DNA of 64,000 nucleotides. It comes from Vicugna vicugna (taxonomy: Eukaryota). This document shows, piece after piece, positions 38,287 through 48,550 of this stretch. The stretch lies in the NCBI GenBank assembly GCA_013265495.1, contig MU058584.1:4842508-4906507 (forward strand), written 5' to 3'. The position numbers and the translations under genes are program-made. Under the pieces are notes generated by a model. That model did not search any database and was not told the DNA's origin. It saw nothing but the letters and a program-made list of their open reading frames with translations. The number at the start of each line of letters is the position of its first letter. Within the stretch, counting starts at the first letter, position 1.

Positions 38287-38382
38287 CTTTACAAAACAGG
38301 CTCCTGACATCAGCAGGAAGACTGACGTGGCCACAGGGCCACGTCAGTCTTCCTGCTGATGTCAGGAGCCTGTTTTGTAAAG
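38287..38382. repeat. perfect inverted repeat, 46-bp arms, 4-nt spacer
   Basis: 38287-38332 is the exact reverse complement of 38337-38382; spacer ACAG. Confidence 0.98.
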
Positions 38383-38774
38383 ATCAGACCCTCTTGCCTT
38401 GATCTCCCTGGGAGGGAGGATTGAGGGTCCAAAGATGAAAAGGAATTTCAGATTCAGAACTGGAAATCTAAGGTGGTGAGAGGAGCTCCAGGGAATGCCA
38501 AGAGGATCTGGATGGGTTTTGAGCATCCATTCCTGCACTCAGCCAACCTAAGAAAACTGCTCAGAGTCTGGCCCTATCCAAGAGAGTCAGACTCTATAAT
38601 ACAAGGGCCAATAATCATGAGAACAGGACTTGGAAGCCACTGTTCTCTCATTAGGGGTCTCTGGTAGTCATTGTCAATCAATTGTGACACTCTTTGAAAT
38701 CGAACCCAGTCCTCCTGGCATTAGAAGTCTTTTCAATAGAGAGCTCAAGGAAAATTTACCAACTGTCACTTGAA

Positions 38775-39345
38775 ATTTATTTATTCATTTACTCATGTGA
38801 CAAATATTTATTGAGCTTTGACTTTATGCCAAGCAATGTAATAGACACCAGGATATAACACTGGGAGAAATTGGAAAATATTCTTGCTCTTCAGAGTTTA
38901 AAGTTCAGTGGGAGAGCTAGATGTTACTCAAAGAGTCATGCCAACAAATGCAAAAGTGCAATGGTGACAAGTGTGTCAGAGGAGAAAGATCTCGTGCTCA
39001 TGAACAAAAGATTGCACCTGGTCAGAGTAATCAGGGAAGAAGTGATGGCCGAGCTGAGACCTGAAAGATGGATAGGGGCAAACCAGGATGAGGGCAGGGG
39101 ATGGAAGAACACTTGAGGCTGGGGGAAGAGCTGCCTGTAAAGTGAGGGAGCATGGTGAGTGTGAGGGTGTGGAGGGGACTGAGGGTGAGATAAGGCTAGA
39201 GAGACAGGTGCAGCCCAAGTTCTGCTGGGTTTCCTCAGCCCAGGTTAACGGGGTTTTGTTTTGATTTTGAGAGCAATGAGAGGCAACCAAGGAGTTTTCT
39301 GTAGATACAACATGTGCTTTGAAAATCTCACTCTGGATAGAGTGA
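38775..39345 (-). mobile_element. L2 fragment
   Basis: 'atttattattcatttactca..caaatatttattgagc..tatgccaagc', 'gagctgagacctgaaagatg', 'tttgaaaatctcactctgg'. Confidence 0.8.
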
Positions 39346-40479
39346 ATGTGGGAAATAGATTGGGGGAATTCATTGGGAATGTGGGTGGACCAGTGTCCTG
39401 GACCATGACGTTACTGGCATTTTGTATTGTGGGTGGTGGTAAAATAAAATTCTGGAAGCCACTGCTCTGCAGGCTTCTAAGGAAACAGGTCTGTTCTGGG
39501 GTTCTGAGTCAATGAAAAAAATTCCGCATTTAAAGAGGAGGGGCTTTAAGATGATCCTTAAATAATTTACTCCAATCTTGGGGCCTTGGTCAGGATGACA
39601 GAGGGTGGTCTAGGGTGATTCCACAACTCTGGCCCCAGAGACAAAGAAGAATCTCAAGCATCTGTCTCAAGCATCTAAGTCAATGCTAGGGTCATGATAT
39701 AAACCCACTCCTCCCCAATCCCATGCATGTTACTTGCTGAAAGGAAGGAGTTACAATAAAGCAAATTTGCTTTTGAGGGCTCATGACTGCCCCGAGGGGT
39801 CTCTCTACACCAAACGCATATATCTGCTAAGGCTTCATGGGTTGGCAACGACTTCGTTAAATCTAATGCCTCCTTTAATCTCCACAAAGTCCCTCTCCCC
39901 AGTCCCCTCAAACCAATGAAGAGCCTTCCCATGTCTAAAGATCTCTAGGATTGAAAACTCCCTAATCCTCCCTTCCCTACATTTTCCATGTTGGGTAAAG
40001 ATTTTAATGGAAGCTTCTGTCTCTATCCTTGTACCTGTGGATCAAGCTCAGAATCAAGGGCTTCCGAGAACATCAGAGCTCAGACACCTGGGACGTTGAG
40101 TGTGTTGTAGGCACCCTGCATTTAGAAATCTGACATATGAGCCGTGGAGAGCTGGTTCTCTTGGTTGCCACAGAAACCAAATCGAGCTGCACTTAGCATT
40201 CAATTACAGGGTACACACAGAGATGGAGTTAAACATTTGTCTACCACTGCTTTCTTCTTTTCTTGTTGAATTGAACCTTCCCAGCAAGTGGTGGCAACAC
40301 CTGCAAGCTAAACAGGGACAGCAGAACAGATTTCGCCAAAGGAGTGGGAGTTCTGGAAGCTTCGTAAGTGGCAAGGACACAGGTTGTCTGCCCAAGCATC
40401 TCCAAGGCTTTAGGTCCTGCGGATTCAGAAGGAGTATGTTTGGGAGGATAAGGAAGAGAACGGGGTCGAGTCTAGGGCT

Positions 40480-40802
40480 ATGGCTTCTGATACAGGTGGC
40501 TTTTGAGCACTTGAAACATGGCTAGTTCAAACTGAGATGCATTATACATATGAAACACATGCCAAATTTCAAAGGCCTAGTATAATAAAAAGAATGTAAA
40601 ATATATCGTTAATTTTTAATACTTACTACATATTGAAATGATAGTATTTTGGCACACTTGGATTAAATACCGTATATTACTAAAATTAATTCCACCTGCT
40701 TTTTTTTTTTTTTTAACAATTTTTAGTGTTGCTACTAGAATTTAAAATTCAAACTTAAAATGACCAACATGGCTTACATGACATTTCTTTTGGAGAGTGA
40801 TG
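40480..40802. mobile_element. MER33-like hAT-Charlie DNA transposon
   Basis: 'gagcacttgaaacatggctagt..aactgagatg', 'aaaagaatgtaaaata', 'ttgaaatgatagtattttgg', 'gctactagaa'. Confidence 0.8.
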
Positions 40803-40952
40803 CTTCAGGAACTGTTGTTCTAGTGTTGAATTGATTTGCCATCAACCAATGTTGTTTAATCTTGAGACATTTCCAATTCTTCACCTGCCAGATGGGGGTA
40901 CTTACCCTGTCTAGCTTCTTCACAGGTTTACTAAGAAGATTTAGTTTGATCC

Positions 40953-42868
40953 TAGAGTGGATTCTGCAGTGAGCTGTTCAGATTTCCCCTTTAGGGTCAA
41001 AGGACTTGTTCCCCCAGCTGCCGGAGCGTTGGCTACTGAAGACTCATAGCCGAGTCCGTCTTCAGGAACTGCTTGAAGCTGTTCTTTCAGATGGCCTGTA
41101 AAATGCAAGTGGTTCATCCAGTATCAAGCACAGGCAGGGCCAGATATCACAAGGAAGCGATGTGAGCAGGTGGCTCAGACCCTCTTGTCACCACTGCTAG
41201 TCCTTCCCCTTCAGCTGACATCCCTGCCTGTGGCTGCAATGCAGCCTCCGTTATTAGCAGCTTCTGGAGGAGAAAAAAAAAAGTCATGTTTGGATCACAG
41301 GTGGGTTGGCTTCATATGTGGGTGGAGGCTAATAGTGGACTGCTGCGAACTACAGCCCCACTTACCAGTGGCCCATAAAGAGAGATGAGAGGAAAACTGT
41401 AGGCTGAACTTTAGCGTCAGTCCTGTCACCCATTCTGTGTGGAAAGAGAATGGACCAAAGTCATAATACACATAGACTCATGAGGAACAGAGAATGGTCA
41501 GGGGCCTGGAGAGAAAAAGACCTAAAGATTGAGGGTGTGGGTCGGGGCGCTGGGGAAGAGGCATGTGGATGGACCTCTGAGAGTCGGGATAAAGAGTTAG
41601 GATGTCTGCATTGCACGTTAACACCACTGGAGAGCAGCCATGGTGGGAGAGGCACTGAATAACTAAGTAGATTAGGTGACTCAGCCAGTTGTCATCAGCC
41701 AGCCTCTGTCTTCAGCCACCTCAGTATCTGAGCACTGGTGGCTGGGATCAAGAAAATCCACATGGCATACACTCTAAATCAACAACCACCATAGGACACT
41801 CTAACCCCTGAAGATAGAATTTATGAATCCAGGAACCAAAGAGTGAAAGTAGGAGTGGTCCTGCCCACCATCCCTCTGTGGGATCTGTGGTCCCCAGCCC
41901 CACAGCTGTAGACTGATGGTTCCTGGAATGAGTCTGCTTTCATCACAATATACAACAAGGGTCTGCCATACTCAAAGCTGTCATTGCCATCTGGTCTCTT
42001 CTGGCTCCTTGTACCAAGAGATCAGCAGCAAGGAAAGAAGTCATCACGCTGGCAGGAGTCATTGACCCTAGAAATCAGGAGGAAGTAGTGCTGTTGTTAT
42101 ATAAAGGGGCGGGAGAAATATGTTTGACATTCAGTTGCTCCACTGGGGCATCTCTTGGTTCTCTCCTGCCCAATGTGAGGTAAATGGACAAGAGCAACGG
42201 TCATGGCCCGAGAGAGATGTGGTGACCAGGGGCTTGATCTCTTCAGGGATGAGGGTCTGGGTCATCCTACCAGGTCAGCTTCCTAGAACAACAAAGGTGT
42301 TGGCCAAGGGTGAGAAGAATCCGGAATGGATAATAGAGGCGGGAGATGTGAAAATCAGTTGCAGCCTCAAGATCAGATGTGGTAGCGGTGGTTTGTCCCA
42401 CCAATCTTCCTCTGGTAGTTCCCCTCAGTGGAGAAGCCAGGATAGCATAGAAGTTGCTTCCAGAGGGGTCACATTTACCATATGAAGCACATGATCTGGG
42501 TAGTATGAAAGGTGCACTGTATGGGATGCTGTGGTGTGCTGCCCAGAATTTCTATGTGGGACCGAGGTCCTCTTCCTCCCAAGTGCTGGCCAGTAGTGGC
42601 TCACATCAGTCTCTCTCTAAGAATCACCTTCAGCTAAACGTAGTCAAAGGTTATAGCTTCTCCCTAAAGGATGCCTACATCCAATGACTGGTTGGTGTGA
42701 AATATGGACTGTTCCTTTGTCTTGACTCAGGATAACTTTGTAGGGCAGTCCAGCTCCTGAGCTTCCTATAGGATTCAACTTTACTGGTGGGGAGAGCACC
42801 CCCAGTAAATTTCCTGCATGCAAATGTCTGTCTCAGAGTGTGTTTCTCAGACCACCCAACCTAGGAAC
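40953..42868 (+). mobile_element. collapsed ERVL provirus (LTR16B/ERV3-16A3-like): partial 5' LTR, pol/dUTPase remnants, 3' LTR from 42518
   Basis: LTR start 'cagatttcccctttaggg..aaggacttgttcccccagctg'; dUTPase-like KLSLPSGLFWLLVP / EVITLAGVIDP at about 41972-42110; ERVL C-terminal 'GMRVWVILPGQLPRTTKVLAKGEKNPEWIIEAG'. Confidence 0.8.
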
Positions 42869-43149
42869 GATGCCCCCTGCCTTTGTATGTTACAAAGCAC
42901 ACTTTATATGGCCTTGGGAATTCTGGGTTCTAGTCAGAGTTCTGCCATTTTATGGGTTATGGTAGCAACTTGCCTGGCTGACCCAGGTTTTCTATGTGTA
43001 AAATGGTTATAGCAAGGAAGGAGTTTGGACCAGGTGATCTAAAATCCCTTGCAACAGTGACTTTCCATATGTGTGAAATGGTAGAGGAAGAATAAGGGTT
43101 ACATGAATATCTGGGAGGGCCTTAAGGAATCCTTGAGATGTCCTTAACT

Positions 43150-43275
43150 TTTCAGATGAGAAAACCAAGAATCAGAGAGGTTAAGTGACTTTCCCATGGC
43201 TGCCATGCTAGAAAGTAGCAGAACTGGAATTTAGACCCAGGCTTCAGTCTGACTCCATGTCTGGGGTTTATTCCC
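43150..43275 (-). mobile_element. MIR SINE
   Basis: 'cagatgagaaaaccaag..tcagagaggttaagtgacttt...gaatttagacccagg'. Confidence 0.8.
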
Positions 43276-43459
43276 TTCATCAGCTCTGGTTCTCTGATGT
43301 CAGTGACTACGGCAAAGCTGCAGGAGTGGGTAGGAAAGGGGACGTTCAAGTTTGCTTAGAGGGTCCTGACCAACCAGCTGCTCCTCCTGCACAGCTCTGA
43401 ATTCTACTCACCACTCAGGACCTTAACCCCCATTTCCAGGGGGTCATAGCCCTTGTCCT

Positions 43460-43615
43460 AGGGCGGTGCTGCTCAAACTCCAATGTGCAGATGAGTCACA
43501 TGGGATCTTGTTAAAGTTTAAATTCTAATTCAGCAGGTCCGAGGTAGGGCCTGAGGTTCTGCATTTCTGGGTGTTGTCGTTGCTATTCCACAGGTCACAC
43601 TTTGAGTGGCAAAGT
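43460..43615. mobile_element. MER5A-type MITE
   Basis: 'ctgctcaaact...tcacatgggatcttgttaaa...aattcagcaggtc..ggtagggcctgag.ttctgcatttct...cacactttgagtggc'. Confidence 0.8.
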
Positions 43616-43619
43616 ATTA

Positions 43620-43940
43620 GAGAGCAGTTCTCAGGTGCTGGAGTGCATCAGAAACACCAGGGAGCATATTCAAACTACTCACCCTCAAAGATGTATGTTT
43701 AGTAAGGTGTAAGGTTAGAGGGTGGCCATCTCTACCTTTAACAAGCACCCTTGGGAGGAGGGTATAGCTCAGTGGTGGAGCACCTGCTTGGCATGCACGA
43801 GGTCCTGGGTTCAATCCCCAGTGCCTCCATATAAATAAAATAAATAAACCTACTTACCTTTCCCCCAAAAAGAAAAAAAAAATTTAGCAAGTGCCCTTGG
43901 TCATTGAGGGGACCCCCAGTGTCTGAGGATCATGGTTCTA
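43620..43940. mobile_element. MER5-type MITE interrupted by a SINE
   Basis: 'gcagttctcagg...gcatcagaaacaccagggag...tttaacaagcaccc|...tgaggatcatggttcta'. Confidence 0.6.
43755..43882 (+). mobile_element. camelid tRNA(Ala)-derived SINE (vic-1 type), full length with TSD
   Basis: A box tagctcagtgg, B box ggttcaatccc, A-rich tail; TSD tttaacaagcacccttgg / tttagcaagtgcccttgg. Confidence 0.92.
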
Positions 43941-45236
43941 TAGCCGTGACCTTCACCGTTGCAGTCCACATTTGTGTTCATGATTAAGCTGAGCAGGCAG
44001 CACATGACTACTGCATGCAGAAGAAAGAGGCACAACAGTAGGCTGGGCATCGCTGGCGGCACAGCTACTGGAGATGCACTGAGTGTTCAACAGGCACTGG
44101 GCACAGATAAACAGAAAAAACCCGAAGGACGTTGAAAAATTAGCCTTAGAAAGTTATAGTTTTATTAAAACAAACAAAAGATTGAAATAAAATATGGGGT
44201 TATTTATAAAATGTATTTTCAAAGTAGTCTAACTTTTACAGTAGTTAAAGAGTTCGATCCCCCCCCAGGGTGATGGAGATTGATGGGGTACTTGTGAGTC
44301 GCACAGAAGAGCATTTCGTGGTTGTTACGATTCTGGAGAGACTGAGATTGAGATTGTAGATTCAGGCTGCGGGCACTGAGAGTTCTGCTTGAGAATACAT
44401 AGTTTTGTCCTCTGAGCTTCATCCCAGAGCTTGTGCAAGATGTCAGTGTAGATGGCATCACCATTCTGCTAAACGTCTTTCTTAGTCTATTGACGGTGTG
44501 AACTGAACGCCCAATGGGTTTCTCAGTGATGTCGGGTGAGGCAAAACAGACCTACCTCCCCTCACCTGTCTCCAGATGGTTCACCTACTAGCCAGCCTGC
44601 TTCTCAGAAAGACACCTTCTGTCTCCCCCACTGCTCGCTACTGGCTGCTTGGCTAAAGGAGGTCCTCCACGCCTGACAGAGGAGAAGGTTCTACTGCCTC
44701 AGCACAGGGTGGGCTGGGCATGGAGAGTGAGTAATGGAATGTCCCCGAGAGATCCACCCTCCCTGCCAAATGTGCACGCCAACTTACACCTACGGAGAGT
44801 CTGGTTGCCTTTGCTTGAACATCAGAAGAAAATCAGATTGAGCTTGAAGGGAGGTGCTACTGGCAGGACAGCCGTGGCGGCAGGCTGCGGTCTTCCCACA
44901 GCGCCTCTCAGCACCGGGGGCTGCAGGCACGGTGGTACCCTCACACAGCTGACCTAGGACCTGCCACACAAAGCCTCGGTCACGTGGCCGGCTTCAAACT
45001 CCCCAGTAACGGTACAGGATGCAGATCGGAGTAGCAGGGGAGAGGAAGAGTCCTGCAGCATGGAGAAACTGCAAGGAAAACGGGAGGCAGCCGGGTGGAT
45101 TACTGGAGCTGGAATTCAGCCAGAAGCGCAGTGCTGGTGCCATTCTCTACTGAGGGACGTGGCCCAGATGCCCGTGGACAAAGCTCCAGGGATGGGGCCA
45201 AAGACCTGGGTTTTGCTTATGCCCACTTTTCGCCAA

Positions 45237-45450
45237 TTTTTATTTTGTATTTTTTTTAGCTTGATTGATATATAATTGATGCATAATATTGTGTAAGTTT
45301 AAGATAGGTACAGTTCTAGATCTGACATTTAAGTCTTTAATCCATTTCAAGTTGATTTTTGTGAGTGGGGGTCCAAATATATTCTCTTGCATGTGAATAT
45401 TCAGTTTTCCCAACACCATTTACTGAAGTGACTATCCTTTCCCCACTGAG
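45237..45450 (-). mobile_element. L1 fragments: 3' tip joined to an internal ORF2 piece
   Basis: 'ttgattgatatataattgat..tgtgtaagtttaag' followed by 'catttaagtctttaatccattt...cagttttcccaacaccatttactgaag'. Confidence 0.75.
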
Positions 45451-45734
45451 CATCCCCGACTGCTGACCACCTTTCAAAGACATCTGGCCCATCTCCTGGT
45501 ATTCCCTGGCACTTCCCCCAGGTTCTTACTCCTTATACTTCTGTTTGGGCCCCTGTCACCTTCCTTGAAGATTTTTGTCCTTCATGCTCCTTTTGCTATC
45601 AGTAGTTTGTTTTATGAAATAAATTACCTAATTAGTTAGACAACCGTTGAGGCTGTGGACCTAATTTTTGCCACGTACCACATTGGGAACTAAGTGAGGA
45701 AAAGGATTCACCCGATGACCAAGTAGAGTTTGTT

Positions 45735-45905
45735 GAATGAATGAATGAAGTGATAATAGCCGCCCTCCTCTGGGTGCTCACTGTGGTCTCAGTACCTTAT
45801 TATCTCAGCTCATCCTCACAGTTTTCCTACCAGGAAAGCACTTCTTTTATGTCCATTTTACAGATAAGTAAAGTGAGGTACGCAGTGTTTGTGTGAGGCT
45901 GTAGA
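45735..45905 (-). mobile_element. MIR SINE next to an L2 tail
   Basis: 'gaatgaatgaatgaa' then 'catcctcaca...ccattttacagataagtaaagtgagg'. Confidence 0.65.
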
Positions 45906-46302
45906 GCTTCCTTGGACGGAAAATAGTGGCCCTGGGCGTTTTTCTCTCTCTAGGCTGTGAAGCTGTAGTTCCACTTCCAAGATCCTTTACTAGGGGCGGA
46001 ATGAGAGCAAAGATCAATGGAGTTCCAATAGGATTTTTTTTTCCTTTAACAGATGAACATTCAGAAAAAAATTGAGGAAACTTCACCAATTACAGAATCA
46101 TTGTATTAGTGATCTCATCTCTTTATGGGAGTGGATTAGAAATAAAACTCTTAAAATAACAAGTTCTGATGTCATTTTGGGGAGGCAGTGCATAGGGAAA
46201 GAAGAAATTAAGAAAGGACCCCAGGGAGCTAGTGTTCTTTTCAGTTAGTCTTGGGGGGGGAGATAGGATCCCCCACGAGACCAGCAGAGGGTGACAGTTT
46301 CA

Positions 46303-46400
46303 GCTTTTTAAAACTTGAGATATAGCTCATATATAACATTATGTAAGTTTAAGATGCACAGTGTATTGATTGATATATTTATATACTGCAATGTGATTTC
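46303..46400 (-). mobile_element. short L1MA-type 3' end
   Basis: 'ttgagatatag..catataacattatgtaagtttaagatgcaca..ttgatatatttatatactgcaa'. Confidence 0.7.
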
Positions 46401-47063
46401 TGCTGAAACTAAGAGGCCAGAAGAGTGGATTTGATTTCAGAGACCTTGGAGAAGAAAGAGGCACGTGGGGAGCTGCTTCCCAGATGTTTAACTGGCAGGA
46501 AGCCCTCCTGGATGCAGAGACGCCAGGATATTGAACCTCCTTTCATTGGACTTGGGCTCCAATAGGGAAGATGGCATTTGAACACAAACAACTACTCTTC
46601 AAAGTATAGTGCAGAGGAAAGGGGGGCTGGTGGCCAAGCCGTAGTGAAGAAAATTCTGCTGCAAAATTTCTACTGCAGACAAAGAGAAAGACATTTGAAC
46701 TGCATGAATTCTGTCCAGCCATTACTTGATGTGAGAGAATTCTGTGTTGGATTAAAATGTGGCCGCTGTGAGACGGAGGGCAGCCTGGTCACCCTGGGAT
46801 CCTCAGCTGAACTAGGAGTCTCTAAGGCTTCCTTCTGCTCTGAGTTGGAGGGGAGAAAGCAAACAGTAAAGGAGGAGAAAGCCATGTGCTGCTGGGGCTT
46901 TGCTGGCGTTTTCCTGGGAGAGGCGACTGGTTCACCATCTGAAGTGGGGAATTGGTACCAATTTTACAGGTGGCTCATTTTCCTCTCCCTGTGGGGGATC
47001 TGACCCCTTCAGGCACTGAGCTGCTTAGAAACAGCACTGTGGTTTTCGAACAGGCAGATTTCA

Positions 47064-47082
47064 GAGCCAGGAGGTGGCGCTC
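47064..47082 (+). promoter_or_regulatory. candidate CTCF site
   Basis: GAGCCAGGAGGTGGCGCTC versus consensus CCASYAGRKGGCRS. Confidence 0.4.
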
Positions 47083-47883
47083 TTTCTCCTGAAACAAATG
47101 GACGCCCGCAGCTTGGCTTGAACACGGCACTGGGGATGCAGGCAGAATGAGATCTCTGTGGTCGGCAGGCATCCAAGGGGCCAGGGCAACATGACTTGTC
47201 AGGCCTGCCCCTCAGGCTTAACTATCCCTCACCTGGACGCACCCTGTAGTGTCCAGTTGGGCTTGGGCTAGTTCTGACCAAAGCCAAGGGGCAGAGACCC
47301 CTCCCCTGACCTTAGCACTAGCTGCTGCATTTGTAAGGGAATCTTCAGTGTCACAAATAATTGCATATTTACATCATGATAGGTAAGAGTCACACCATTT
47401 CTGATAAGTGATAAGAATTCACGTGGGCAGGTGAGGAGTCCAGGTCATCCTGCCATGTGGGGTGAGACAGTGTTCCATGGAGAACATTTGAAAACTCAAT
47501 GAACACCCCCCCCCCAAATGAAACACTTAAGATATAATCTAAGGTAGGAGGGTTCTGGGAAAATCCCGTATCTGGAGGAGCTGGGTTTTACCTGGGAAAT
47601 GTTGCAGTTCTTCCAGAGACGAAAAATCTGAAATTGGGTCTCCTTTAAAGACATAATAAGCAGAAGCAAGCAAGCAAACAAACAAACCAAAACAAAATAA
47701 TCTCATAATAGCACAAAAAGATCAGCAGATTGGAATTCAGGAATCTGGTGAGGAAAGAACTGGCTGTGTGCCTTTAGGTACAGCCTTTCCTCTGGTTCTC
47801 AAGTTTCACTTCGATCATCAGCAGCAGTGAATGGCTAAGATCTCTTCTAACACCACATTTAATAGCATGCATATTCGTGTGTG

Positions 47884-48467
47884 TGATGCAGGAAAACGGA
47901 CGTGTTTCTTGGGACGTGCCCCACCAAGTGTGGGTCCTTGGCTTCGCGCAGGAAAGAATTGAAGAGCGAGCCACAGCTGAGTAAAGGTAGATTTATTCAG
48001 AGAGATACATTGAAAGGCAAGAGAAAGGCCACGAGGTGTGGGGGTTAGGTGCTCAGATTAAAAGTAGGCTCACACTCCATAGACTGGGTAAGGGTGGTCT
48101 CTGAAGGGGCAGAGAGAGGCTGTGAAGGGCAGTTTGCATGGGCTTTGGTAGCTTCATATGCAAATAAGTGGAAAGACCAATCTAAGTAGCCTGGGGCAGG
48201 GGCTGGGATTCCCAGGAAGTTTGGCCATTTCCCACTCTTTGACCTTTTGTGGACTTGCGCCTTGGGACAGCCATGGCGCCTGTGGGCATGTTACTCACCT
48301 TGCTAACATATTACAATAAGCATATAATGAAGCTTAAGTTCTGCTAGAAGTTAAATCTCCCACCATCTTGAGCCTCAAGGCCTCCTGGGGGTTGAATCTT
48401 TCACCATTTTAATGTTAATTGCTGTAGCATTCCTTGAGTGGCTGTGCCCTGCCCCCTTCTTGTCTCA
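47884..48467 (-). mobile_element. ERV1 solo LTR, MER41-like
   Basis: reverse strand TGAGACA...TGCATCA; 3' part 'aataaatctacctttact..ggctcgctcttcaattctttcctgcgcgaagccaaggaccc' resembles the MER41 R/U5. Confidence 0.82.
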
Positions 48468-48550
48468 AGAGAGAGAGAGAGAAAGAGAAAGAGAAGAAGA
48501 GAGAGAGGGAAGGAGAAAAAGAGACAGAGACAGAGGGAAAAGAGAGAGGC
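48468..48550. repeat. (GA)-rich simple repeat
   Basis: read directly. Confidence 0.9.

Noticed and set aside
39652..39676. Short tandem duplications (TCTCAAGCATCT x2; also GGGTATGGAATC x2 at 61370-61395)
   Set aside because: Two-copy slippage events with no spacer array; ordinary and not CRISPR-like.
43755..43830. tRNA-Ala gene
   Set aside because: The tRNA-like head is followed by an A-rich tail and flanked by a TSD, with related copies at 24005 and 19708, so it is a SINE.
44905..44928. REST/NRSE site (TCAGCACC...)
   Set aside because: Only the left half matches and the GGACAG half is missing; the same applies at about 49391.
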